Shown here in pieces: positions 11,614 to 20,702 of a DNA stretch of 32,000 nt (position 1 is the first letter of the stretch; each line of letters opens with the position of its first letter). Made by a program: the position numbers and the translations under genes. Source of the DNA: Wallemia ichthyophaga EXF-994 (Eukaryota; Fungi; Basidiomycota); the NCBI RefSeq assembly GCF_000400465.1, contig NW_008806280.1:30001-62000 (forward strand). Direction: 5' to 3'. Under the pieces are notes generated by a model, which was not told where the DNA came from, did not search any database, and saw only the letters and a list, made by a program, of their open reading frames with translations.

Positions 11614-12979
11614 TTAGTGGCCAATCTGGTACACCTTGTAGCCTATCAACTCGAGCTGCTTCACATCCACAATCAAATGACCATCTAATACCCATCCCGG
11701 GGGGTTTATTTTTTGGTAAATCGCATTCCAATCGATTTGGGTATAAAATTCATCCCAGTTTGTTAGTAAGAGGATGCAATGTGTATTGATTGCTGCTTCA
11801 TCTATCGACTGACACGGTTCTACTTTTTCACTGGCATCAAACTCATTAATAATTTGCCAAGATGTGACAACGGGGTCGTAGACTGAGAAGTGTATATCGG
11901 GAAGCTGTCTGAGCAGCTCCTTAATAACTCTGATAGAAGGACTAAGTCGGAGATCGCCTGTATCTTTTTTGAAAGCGAGTCTGGCGTGGGTGTGAGGTGC
12001 AAAAAATAAAGAGTGAAAATCTGGACACCCACCCTAACACAGTGATTTTGACAGATTCGATACCCACCACGATTTCTTTGACGCGTTGTATGAATCTGTG
12101 CAACTGATAGTCATTCATCTCAATCACACTGTTCCAGTAGCGAGCTACGTGGTGGAGGTTGAGAGATTCGCAGAGATAGACGAGCATACGCAGGTCCTTC
12201 TCCAAACACGAGCCACCGAAGGCGAGGGAGGGAGAGAGGTACTCGCCTCGAATTCTTCGGTCTGTGGATAGCGAGTGGGTGAGTTGAGATATGTTTGCCC
12301 CGCTAGCATCGCAAATGGCAGTGAAGGAATTGATAGACGATATTCGCTGCGCTAGGAGAGCGTTGCTTGCCAATTTAGACAGCTCCGTTGAGTAGATGGA
12401 CTGAGTGAGAATTTTCTCGCGCGGCACCCAGTTGGCATACAGGCCGATAAGAGTGTCGCGCGCCCGCAGGCCACTCTCGCTCCCATCGCAGCCAACAAGC
12501 ACTCTATCGGGGCAAAGGGCGTCTCGAATGGCACTCCCTTGGCTGAGGAATTCGGGGATGGAGAGGATATCGAAGTGAGTGGGGTGGGCGAGAAGGGCGT
12601 GTGTGATTTGCGTGCACGTGTTTAATGGGAATGTGGACTTTTCGACTATTATTTTGCGCTGAGGGGAGCCGCATGTGTTGTGGAACATATCCAGAGTATC
12701 CGCGAGGAGAGAGGAGTGACTGAAATTGATGCAGAGGATAATGATGTCTGCAGTGTCTAAGCAGCGTGGCGAGGCTGTGAAGTGCACGTTGCTTTCCCTC
12801 AGCAATCCCTCCAAGCCCGGCTCAAAGAACGGTGGATCATGCCGAATCCAGCGATCGACTTTGACCAATTCCTTATCGTAGATGACGACATTTGCGTATT
12901 TCGATAAAACCGATCCAACGACCACACCGACCAATCCACTGCCCACGACAACCACGCTGAGCACATGACCGTTCTTCAT
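11614..12979 (-). CDS. Divergent UDP-glucose 6-dehydrogenase family protein; intron 11981..12032
   Basis: GSGLVG, FEPGL, EKSTFP, PEFLSQGSAIRD..PDRVLVG, ELSKLASNALLAQRISSINS, FGGSCLEKD, then LG|LAFKKDTGDLR...WVLDGH..GYKVYQIGH* after splicing. Confidence 0.85.
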
Positions 12980-12987
12980 AAACAGCC

Positions 12988-13689
12988 ATGGCCGCTATCT
13001 CAGATGATGAGCAGACGGAGAGCGAGCCACCGCCATACGCGGCTGTGACCGCGGCAGCGACGGCGCCGGCGTACACGAGACACAGAAACAGACAGCGGCA
13101 GCCTCAGCCAGCCACCGCCACCAGAAGCAGCACAAACACACCGATTTCACTCACACTCATCTATCAGCTACTCCAGCTAACGTCTCTTCTGCCCGCTCTC
13201 ACGGGCGTCCTCTACCTTCTCATTAGATTCTCGCTGCACACGCTCCCAGCTCCTAATCCTTCGCGCATCGAGTACCTCGCTTCAACCCCATGGGCGGTGC
13301 TTACGGCCGTTTACAGCTTCCAGATTATCAGCAGCATGCTACACAGGTGGAAGCAGTACTACCACCCCATTTCCGTCATTATCCGCCTCCTCTCGATACA
13401 GGCTGCGTCGTTTCCGTGGATCAGAGTCACCCTGTGGCTGTGCTCTACGCCTGAGAAACCCCTGCTGGCGTGGATGGTCGTCGCTATCACCACCGCCGTC
13501 TCCAGCTCCATCGCCCGGTGGTACATCAGCAATCTCAGCAGCACACAGTCTGCGCGTCATATCGATGTTGCTCGGCTGGTTACTAGGACCATTCTCCCCA
13601 TCTCCACGCTCTCCCTTTTCAGCCTCTTCCTGCTTCTTTACGATCTCTACTATACCAGAGTCTCGCTTCAAGTGGCAATGGCGCTTTAG
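12988..13689 (+). CDS. EOS1: EOS1-family ER membrane / N-glycosylation protein
   Basis: Pattern LLQLTSLLPA..RIEYLAS.WAVLTA..SF....LHRWKQYY.P..VIIRLLSIQA..PLLAW.VVAITT..WYISNL with several TM helices. Family recognised from memory. N-terminal PPPY motif. Confidence 0.7.
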   Translation: MAAISDDEQTESEPPPYAAVTAAATAPAYTRHRNRQRQPQPATATRSSTNTPISLTLIYQLLQLTSLLPALTGVLYLLIRFSLHTLPAPNPSRIEYLASTPWAVLTAVYSFQIISSMLHRWKQYYHPISVIIRLLSIQAASFPWIRVTLWLCSTPEKPLLAWMVVAITTAVSSSIARWYISNLSSTQSARHIDVARLVTRTILPISTLSLFSLFLLLYDLYYTRVSLQVAMAL

Positions 13690-13735
13690 CACTGGCAATG
13701 GCGCTTTAACACACTGGCAATGGCATTTACTACAC
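13673..13735 (+). repeat. Three imperfect tandem copies of a 20-22 bp unit (TGGCAATGGCGCTTTAGCAC) spanning the EOS1 stop codon
   Basis: tggcaatggcgctttagcac / tggcaatggcgctttaacacac / tggcaatggcatttactacac read directly from the sequence. Confidence 0.9.
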
Positions 13736-13834
13736 GAAAATCCTAATACACTAATCTTTATACTCACCTTTACTTCTCTACTCATACCTTTGCGTTCATA
13801 TGTCGTCTTTTTTTTTCACTCATGCATTCTCTAT

Positions 13835-16800
13835 TTATACATTGCTAAATAAACTACTGCGCACGCTGCCAACGAGATCCTTAAGCACGGCACTGCTCAC
13901 TGTCTTCTTCTTGGGCGACGGTGACGGCGACGGCGACCTCACCAACTCGTCCTCCCTCTTGCGCTGTCTGCTGGATTGTTCGTGAGCAACTCTGACGCCC
14001 TCGGCCATTCTTTCGAGCTGCAACACCACGCGACGCGTCCTCTTCACTATATCTGTCTGCTCCACCAGCTCTTCTTGGTTGAGGGATACCCCATCGCGCA
14101 CGACAAACGTTTCGTCTGCCGGGTGGCCAGAGAAGACTATGTCGAGTATGCGAGTCATCACATACACAGTATCGGCGTGGCTGCCATCCCACCCGGCTAT
14201 CTCTGCGCGCAAGAGGAGCACATCGGGCTCAAAGTCGAAGCGTTCGTCGTCGAGCCACTCAATCAGTGTGGTGGGGAGGGGGATGCTTGTGTGGGTCAGG
14301 GTGGTTCTCCAGATGTTAAAAGCGAATAGCTCTTACCTCTCTTTCACGTTCGCATTCAATTTCACACCCACACTCTCCTTGAGCAGAGGTAGTGTGCGTG
14401 TCTCCGTCGGCGCCTCATCGCCATCCGCACCCGCACACAGCATCTGCACCGCCTCGTTCGTTGCCCGTATCGCCTCGTTGAGTATCGCGATCGACGAGTC
14501 CACCAAGGCGATCGCTATGTGGTGCGCATAGGGCATGTGATGGATGGCAAGTACACTAGCCAACGCGACTGGCGAGAACACCGCCGATACACGCCTAGGT
14601 GTGGTTGTTTGGTAGTGTCGCACCCCCACATCCACACTCTCCAAGAGAGTGTGCAGTTGGGAATCGAACGAGTGCGGGGCGATCTGGAGGTATTTCAAAT
14701 GTAGTGCGGGTGTGTTCAAATTCGAGCTCAAGCACTGCAAAAACCAAGTGAGCTATGGTTTCACTCATCATGGTAGCTTCACTCACCTCGACAGCCTCGC
14801 TCTCACACCACGATAGCACCACGATAGTGGGTATAAAGGTGCCGTACGCTAAACGCCCCGCTACACGCTCCATCCTCCTTTTATCATTATTGAGTGTTCG
14901 CGCTCTCTCTTTTTCCGACTGCTGTCTCGCCAGCTCGCGCGAGCATTCAAAGAAAACAATAGCGGTAGAGGCGGGTGGCTGGAGTGCGAGTGCGAGTGTG
15001 AGTGTGAGTGTGGTTGTGAGTGTTAATCACCCCTTCAATCAGCTACTACCCACCTTCTCGCTATTCGCATACAACGAAAGCTGCGAGTTGGCTTGATTAA
15101 AGTCGCCAACATCTGCACCGAAACGCGTGCGCAGCCATGAGCTGGAGGAGGAAGAGTCGTCGTGGGTGTACAGCCCCACATCCACACTCGCAAAGTGTTT
15201 CAGGAGTGGGTTGCTGTGTATAAACCCAGCCACGACAGTCAACGCACCACCTCGATTCCACAACTCGCTTCTCTGCTGTACGTGCTGAAGAAGGGAACTC
15301 TCTGTCAGAGTTATCGACAAGATAAATAAGCCGCTCACCTGCTGCAACGTGTGCTCCATCTCTGAATCGCTCAGTCTGAGTCTGAGTTGATGGAGAGGTG
15401 AATGGTGAAAAGCCACCTCTTCATCCTCGTGATCGAAAAGCTCCTCTGCATCTTGTTTGTCTTCCTCATCCTCTTCATCCGGCAGGGTGAAAGCCGGGGT
15501 CGTGCCACCCCTCCCAAAGGAAAGACCCTCGACAGCCATTCTAAACTGCTTGAGACGCTCCTGGTCAACATCGCGCGCAATGACGCGTGCCACTGCAGCC
15601 GTCTTCCACAGACGCAGACAACGCAAAATCAGCCTGCGTCGCCTGTACATGGCTGCTACCTCTCGCAGCACGCACGACCGCACAGCCGCAGCCACCGTCT
15701 CGTCGAGAATGCGGTCGGTGAGTTTTGTGCATGTCGTGTGAGTGAGCTCGAGCCGTTCTCGTTCTCTACCTCGCTCTTCCTCCCTCGTTTTCTTGCGCTC
15801 CTCTTCTTCAGCTCGCAAACGCCCTTGTAGCTTGCGGTTTTCTGATAAACGCCTCCGCGATTGTGCTGCACGTGCTAATTGAGCTGCTTCCGTCGCTTCT
15901 GCCGCTTCTGCTGCTTTTTGTTTCTTCTGCCTCTCCCGCTCCTCTTGCTGCTGCTGGCGGTGTTTCTCGTCGAGGTCATTATCAGGTTGAACATCAGGTT
16001 GGGCACCTTGTCCTTGTCCCTGTGTGCTGGGTGGGGTGAATGCATTAGCAAACGCACCTGCAGTTTCAGTACCAGTGCCAGTGCCACTCCAGCTGAACGC
16101 GTTGGAAGACGGAGCGCCCTGTGTGTGCTGCGTAGTCTGTCTAGGTTGGAAGGAGAAGGCTGTTGCGATGGGTTTGGGAGGAGGGGGCATGAGGGAGGTC
16201 GGAGAGCTGTTAGAGTGATTGTGACTGCTAGTGCCCGTATCAGTACCCGCACTAGTTCCATAACCATAGCCTCCACCGCCACTGTCAATATTCGCATTTG
16301 TTTTGGTCGATGGCATTGTGAAAACTGGCGCAGATGGTCTAAGCGAGGACAAAGACGCTGGTTGGCTCTTTGGGATATCACCAGCCACAACATCGACACC
16401 GATATCAAAATCAATGGCTAGAGGGGTATCTATAACATCCCGCGCACTGAGCCTGCCTCTCTTGGCAGATACGAGACGAGACTTGCAGTGAGGGATAGTC
16501 GGACCCGAGTCGTTGACCTGCGACTGTTTGTTTACTCTAACGGCTGTGGGCGGGGCTTCGTCATTTCCATTATCATTATCTTTCTCATTCTCGCCGCCCC
16601 TCTCCACATCCAGCCCGAGGTTCTCCGCCTCGCGCGCGACATGCAAACCGTCGTCGCATCCGAGCACACTGACGAGGTCAGCGACGGGATAAGCGCGGTA
16701 TTTGCTCGGGTAAGCGACGCGCATAGCCTTGAGGGCGCCTCTGCGCACGCTGCTGAAGGAGGGTTCGAGAAGGCACGCCATAAGGAAAGGGGTGCTACTC

Positions 16801-17748
16801 GAGCGGATAAGTTTGAAGAAGCGCGAGTATCCATTAGGGCTAGACACCGTATTATGGGGGCGTCCTCGTACGTCAGCCTCGTTCGAGCGGCGGGCGAGAG
16901 CGTGAAATTTGAGTGCGAGTTGAATGGGCTGCGAGAGGTAGAGTGAGGTGGGGAGGCGTTCTGCAGCAGCAGCAGTGCTAGAGTCGCGCAGATGAATGAG
17001 GAGGTGGTAGGCTCTGAACTCTGCTTCGTTCGGGAGTGTTTCGCCCGTGCTGGCCCGCCAGTCGTCGTAGAACTCCGTCAAGCTCAGCAACACCTTGCTC
17101 AGCTGCTCCAGCTCCTGCTGGTCAGACCACCCAGTGCGCTCGCATAGCTCGTGCAGGCAGAGGATGTGGTAGCGGGCTATGCGCTCGTGGCACTCGACGG
17201 CAACGCGGTCGCGGATGTGCTGCAGAGTGAAATCCTGTCGTATAGAGCGCGTCCTGTCGCGAAGGAAGTGGTGGCTGTCGTGCAGGTCTGCGTCTTCTGC
17301 GAGGATCGTGTGGAAGAGATAGTCGAGTGTTTGCTTGAGCACCGGCGCTGGGCGTACATCTGACGGCAGGCTGGCTTCGTCGCCGGCAGCTGGCCTGTGG
17401 AATGTCTTCACGGTGCGCGCGGGATTCGCCTGGCGCGGGTGCTCTGCGTATACCTCCCACTTATCCAGATTGAGCTGGTACTCGCGCTCGACGCGTTCAA
17501 ACAGTGGACACATGGTGGTACACGTTCCTCGCAGCGTTATCGCATCGCTCAGACTCATTCCCCCTTGGCTCGGATCGGGGATTTGGCCATCTCTAATGGC
17601 TTCGAGTCGCTCGACTTCTCGGTGCGCGCGCAGCTGGGTAAGCGGGTCAGACGGGATTCGAACGCAGAGCCCTGCACACCTGCTGGTATTGCGTCTTGTC
17701 GGCGGTGAATCTGCTGCCTCTGTCGGTGGTGAGATGACCGTCAGCCAT
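13835..17748 (-). CDS. SAC3: Sac3/GANP (TREX-2 scaffold); introns 17634..17679, 15285..15338, 14979..15053, 14735..14786, 14286..14336
   Basis: RLEAIRDGQIPDP..LSDAITLRGTCTTMCPLFERVERE, KTFHRPAAG..LPSDVRPAPVL..TLDYL, FLRDRTRSIRQDFT.Q, ECHERIARYH, QELEQL.K.L.SL.EFY and NEAEFRAYHLL. Five GT-AG introns link four ORF-track fragments into one frame. Confidence 0.85.
14982..15023 (+). repeat. Hexamer microsatellite (GAGTGC/GAGTGT)n inside a SAC3 intron
   Basis: gagtgcgagtgcgagtgtgagtgtgagtgtggttgtgagtgt. It accounts for this intron being 75 nt rather than about 50 nt. Confidence 0.8.
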
Positions 17749-17758
17749 TAAGATAACA

Positions 17759-18378
17759 TCAACGACGTAAAAACCTCTTTATTGGCTCAAATACAAATAC
17801 ACTGAATCTTGGGCTGTAGTATAAGCAAGCGAGTATTCTAACTGGGAGAAGTACCTGTGATAGGTCGGGAGTGAGAATTTTCACCTTTTGTGACGACACA
17901 CACTAACCTTGGTTATCGTGTATGCTGCTATGGCTTCAGAGATGTGTGCTGTGTATCTGCCACTGCCGTCCCACTTGTTCTCCTCATCTTGCCAGAGATT
18001 GTAGCGCTGTCTGAATCTGTCGAGACGACGCTCACCCTCCTCGCAAGCAGCACGAGTCCAGCTTCTTATGTCATTGGTGTTATCGCAGCTATCTGCTCCC
18101 CACAACCACTCTAGACTACGCTCGCCTACGCCGAACCAGTGCAACCCCCCAAAGATAGCAATCACGGGAAAAATAGCTGTCAGCTCGTGGAGAATGGCGA
18201 ATGAGGCGCTGAGGCTGATTGGGTCTGTGCCTGTGCGTTGACTGAGGTGTTGCAGGCGTTGAGTGTAGGTGTGAGTGCTCTTGTGGCGTACTTGGTTTGA
18301 TTTCGGTACTCTGGGTGCTCTAAGTACTCGAGATAGTCCAGATACTCCAAATCCCCGGAATCCAGTCCAAATCAGCAT
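17759..18378 (-). CDS. MRX11: Mitochondrial FLILHELTA-family protein (Mrx11-like); intron 17855..17907
   Basis: Basic presequence-like N-terminus (MLIWTGFRGF..SRVLRAPRVPK), signature SFAILHELTAIFP, and the spliced C-terminus AYTITK|VLLPVRILACLYYSPRF...KRFLRR*. Confidence 0.8.
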
Positions 18379-18607
18379 CACTAACGCCGTGAAAGAGAGA
18401 GGGAGGAGAGGTAAGGAATTGAATGATCTAATATCCCAAGCATCTTTTATATACGCTCCATATTTTATATTCGATTAAATTAGAAAAATTTCGCCTTCAA
18501 ATTTAATAGTCTTCCTAACTTCCCTCTTAGCGACCGACGACTCAAATCACGAGTGAGGGAGGGTTTAAATAGCGTTGGGCGTTACTCACACTGCACTCAC
18601 AGCCAGG

Positions 18608-19148
18608 ATGTCTTCTGCAGCCCACGCCAACCCAGCATTCTCCAAGAAGAACAAAGGTTCCGAAGGTATCAACTCAAAGCTTCAGCTCGTTGTCAAGTCG
18701 GGCAAGTACACGCTCGGCTACAAGTCTGCATTGAAGCAATTGAGATCTGGCAAGGGTGAGTTTTGATTATTATAAGAATACTCAGTCGATTATCTGGCAT
18801 CGCACAGCGTGACTCAAGGTCGCTGCTAGAACTGGAGCCTCTGTTAATCACATTTGGCTGAGAAGGTTCTCTCTTACTCCCCACTAACACTCTCTCTCAG
18901 CCAAGCTCGTCCTCATCGCAGGCAACTGCCCACCTTTGCGCAAGTCTGAGCTCGAGTACTTTGCCATGCTTTCAAAGACAGCTGTTCACCACTACTCGGG
19001 CTCAAACGTCGCCCTCGGTACCGCTGCTGGTAAGCTTTTCCGCGTCGGTGTCCTCACCATCCAAGACCAAGGTGACTCTGACATTGTGAGTTGAAAATTT
19101 TACCCCTTTCTATGTCTTACACACCAACAGCTCTCATCATTCGAATAA
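18608..19148 (+). CDS. RPL30: 60S ribosomal protein eL30; introns 18756..18900 and 19086..19130; probable 5'-UTR intron 18553..18602
   Basis: [37 protein letters not shown]|[62 protein letters not shown]|LSSFE*. Confidence 0.97.
18828..18870 (+). promoter_or_regulatory. Kink-turn RNA element in the RPL30 intron (putative eL30 binding site)
   Basis: 5'-AGAACUGGAGCC-3' (18828-39) pairs with 5'-GGCUGAGAAGGUUCU-3' (18856-70). This gives a GCC/GGC C-helix, a 3-nt UGA bulge, G.A, A.G and A.G pairs, one G.U pair and 5 Watson-Crick pairs. Confidence 0.75.
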
Positions 19149-19280
19149 GTTTGTTGATTGATTTGTAACTGGAGTCATTTATTGGATTGAGTCGAATACG
19201 AAGAGGTGTGTTTTGAGTGTTTATACTCCCGAGTGCCATGTCTTTTAGCTATAATGTCGAATAAATAAATACAAGTGCTT

Positions 19281-20211
19281 CTAAGAAAACTTCCATCTGT
19301 TGTTACACACCGTGCACGTAACAAACGTAGTCATTGGCTCATCCGCCGATCGCGTCTGCATTTGATAGTAGGTACACTTCCTCTGCTTGCATCTACCGCA
19401 TTTGAATGAATCTGTCTCAGCTTGCTGTGGACCAGCGCCTCTAGCCTTGAATAAGTTATTCAACTCCAAAGCTCTATCCTGCTGTTTACGCTCCTCGGAA
19501 GCCATATCGCCTGAGGACATTCTACAGAAGATATCTGCAGGAGTATCACCGGAAATAACTGCAGCTCTAAGGGTAGGATTCTTCTTGTCTTTGAGGTTGA
19601 GCATCAGTGAGCGAATCTTTTTTTTATAGTCTTCTGCAGTGGAACCATTGTTATCATCGAGGACAGTGACTTCAATTGCGAGAGCTCTGTCCATAATAAG
19701 CTCAGAAGGTGCAGACGAGTCGAACACCATAGCATTGTAAAGCAAAGAGAGACAGGTATCGCGTGTTTTGTCGTTAAGTTTCTCGAAATCGACGTTATCA
19801 GTTTTACCTGAGCGTGGTTTGTCGTTTGTGGTGGTATTGGCTGTGGGACTAGACTCAGAAACTTCCTTGGGCTTCTTGGTAACATCATTCTTCCATTTCT
19901 TAACAATTTCCTTGGCTAAGTCGCTAATCTGCCTATTTTCATGGGAGCGCAGCTTACCCACAGCCAAACCAACTTTAGTTTCCTGGGATTGGATATAATG
20001 AGAACAAGGCGATTGAATACATCAAAACACACCCTTATGATATCCTCTGTAGCCGTTAATTCCTCTTTCAACGCCTTGAGTATCTCTATCATCACCTGCA
20101 ATTCCATTAGAGGGTACAACAACAACAACGGCCAATACACACGTCACTCTTCCCAGACGCCTGAGAAGCCTGCAATTCAGTTCTCAGCTTGTTCACCGTT
20201 TTCACGTCCAT
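19281..20211 (-). CDS. DST1: Transcription elongation factor TFIIS; introns 20096..20142, 19983..20032
   Basis: Domain I MDVKTVNKL..|VMIEILKAL..|ETKVGLAVGKLR..AKEIVKKWK, central YKKKIRSL..NLKDKKNP.LR, and the zinc ribbon CGRCKQRKCTYYQMQTRSADEPMTTFVTCTVCNNRWKFS. Confidence 0.96.
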
Positions 20212-20263
20212 TTTCGTGGTGGTGGAAGTCAACGACTCCTCTCTACCTTCACCAAGAAGCCCA
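20212..20263. promoter_or_regulatory. 52-bp divergent spacer between the DST1 and MRPL24 start codons
   Basis: Lies between ATG 20211 (-) and ATG 20264 (+), and includes the pyrimidine tract ctcctctctaccttc. Confidence 0.5.
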
Positions 20264-20669
20264 ATGAGATTAGAAAAATTAGCAAAATTATCTTTCAGGT
20301 TTCCAACCAACGTACAGCCATTAGAGAGGCGTTTCCAATCAGGTCTTCTTGACGGCCGTAATCGTCAAAGTGGTTATAACGTTTCATTTTCAGAGGTGTG
20401 TTTGGGTTTATAAAGGGTTTAGCACCTCTAATACACCCTAGCGACACACCAGAAGAAGCTGGTATCCAAATATTCAAAATAAGCGTCTATTCTCAGATAC
20501 TCTACAGGACTTTGTGAAGATGAAAGTATCTACAAAGGCCTTACGTAGTATTGATAGATTTGGTGGTTTAGACAATTACCTCCTCAAAACAAGCGATGAC
20601 AAACTCGGTTTATATGGTAGAGCATTGCGGAGGTCTATCCTCGACAAGCAGCTTGTTGGAAAACAATAA
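20264..20669 (+). CDS. MRPL24: Mitochondrial ribosomal protein bL28m (Mrpl24-like); intron 20396..20441
   Basis: Missed as a whole gene by the ORF track. Spliced product is RRFQSGLLDGRNRQSGYNVSFSE|RHTRRSWYPNIQNKRLFSDTL..VKMKVSTKALRSIDRFGGLDNYLL, the L28 signature. Confidence 0.9.
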
Positions 20670-20702
20670 AAATTATGCATAAAATCATTTCATCTACTTT
20701 AT

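Noticed and set aside
10825-13050. Functional link between the WW protein and the PPPY motif of nearby EOS1
   Set aside because: PPxY motifs in fungal membrane proteins usually recruit Rsp5-type ligases. Proximity alone is not evidence.
13835-15038. Separate hypothetical genes suggested by ORFs 13835..14221, 14333..14740 and 14595..14873
   Set aside because: They splice in frame onto SAC3 through canonical introns, so they are its 3' exons.
17654-17663. GTTCGAATCC (tRNA T-loop / Pol III B-box-like) on the minus strand in SAC3 intron 1
   Set aside because: The flanks do not form a T-stem, and there is no acceptor or anticodon arm or A-box. It is not a tRNA, and a single 10-mer can occur by chance.
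15371-17751. Numerous 60-180 aa overlapping and antisense ORFs in the GC-rich SAC3 region and opposite other genes
   Set aside because: These are expected shadow ORFs of GC-rich coding sequence, mostly with non-ATG starts and no recognisable motifs.
18756-18900. Intronic snoRNA interpretation of the long RPL30 intron (TGATTA...CTGA; ACATTT)
   Set aside because: The C box is poor with no terminal stem, and there is no room for a two-hairpin H/ACA RNA. The CUGA is better explained as part of the K-turn. A snoRNA scan would settle it.
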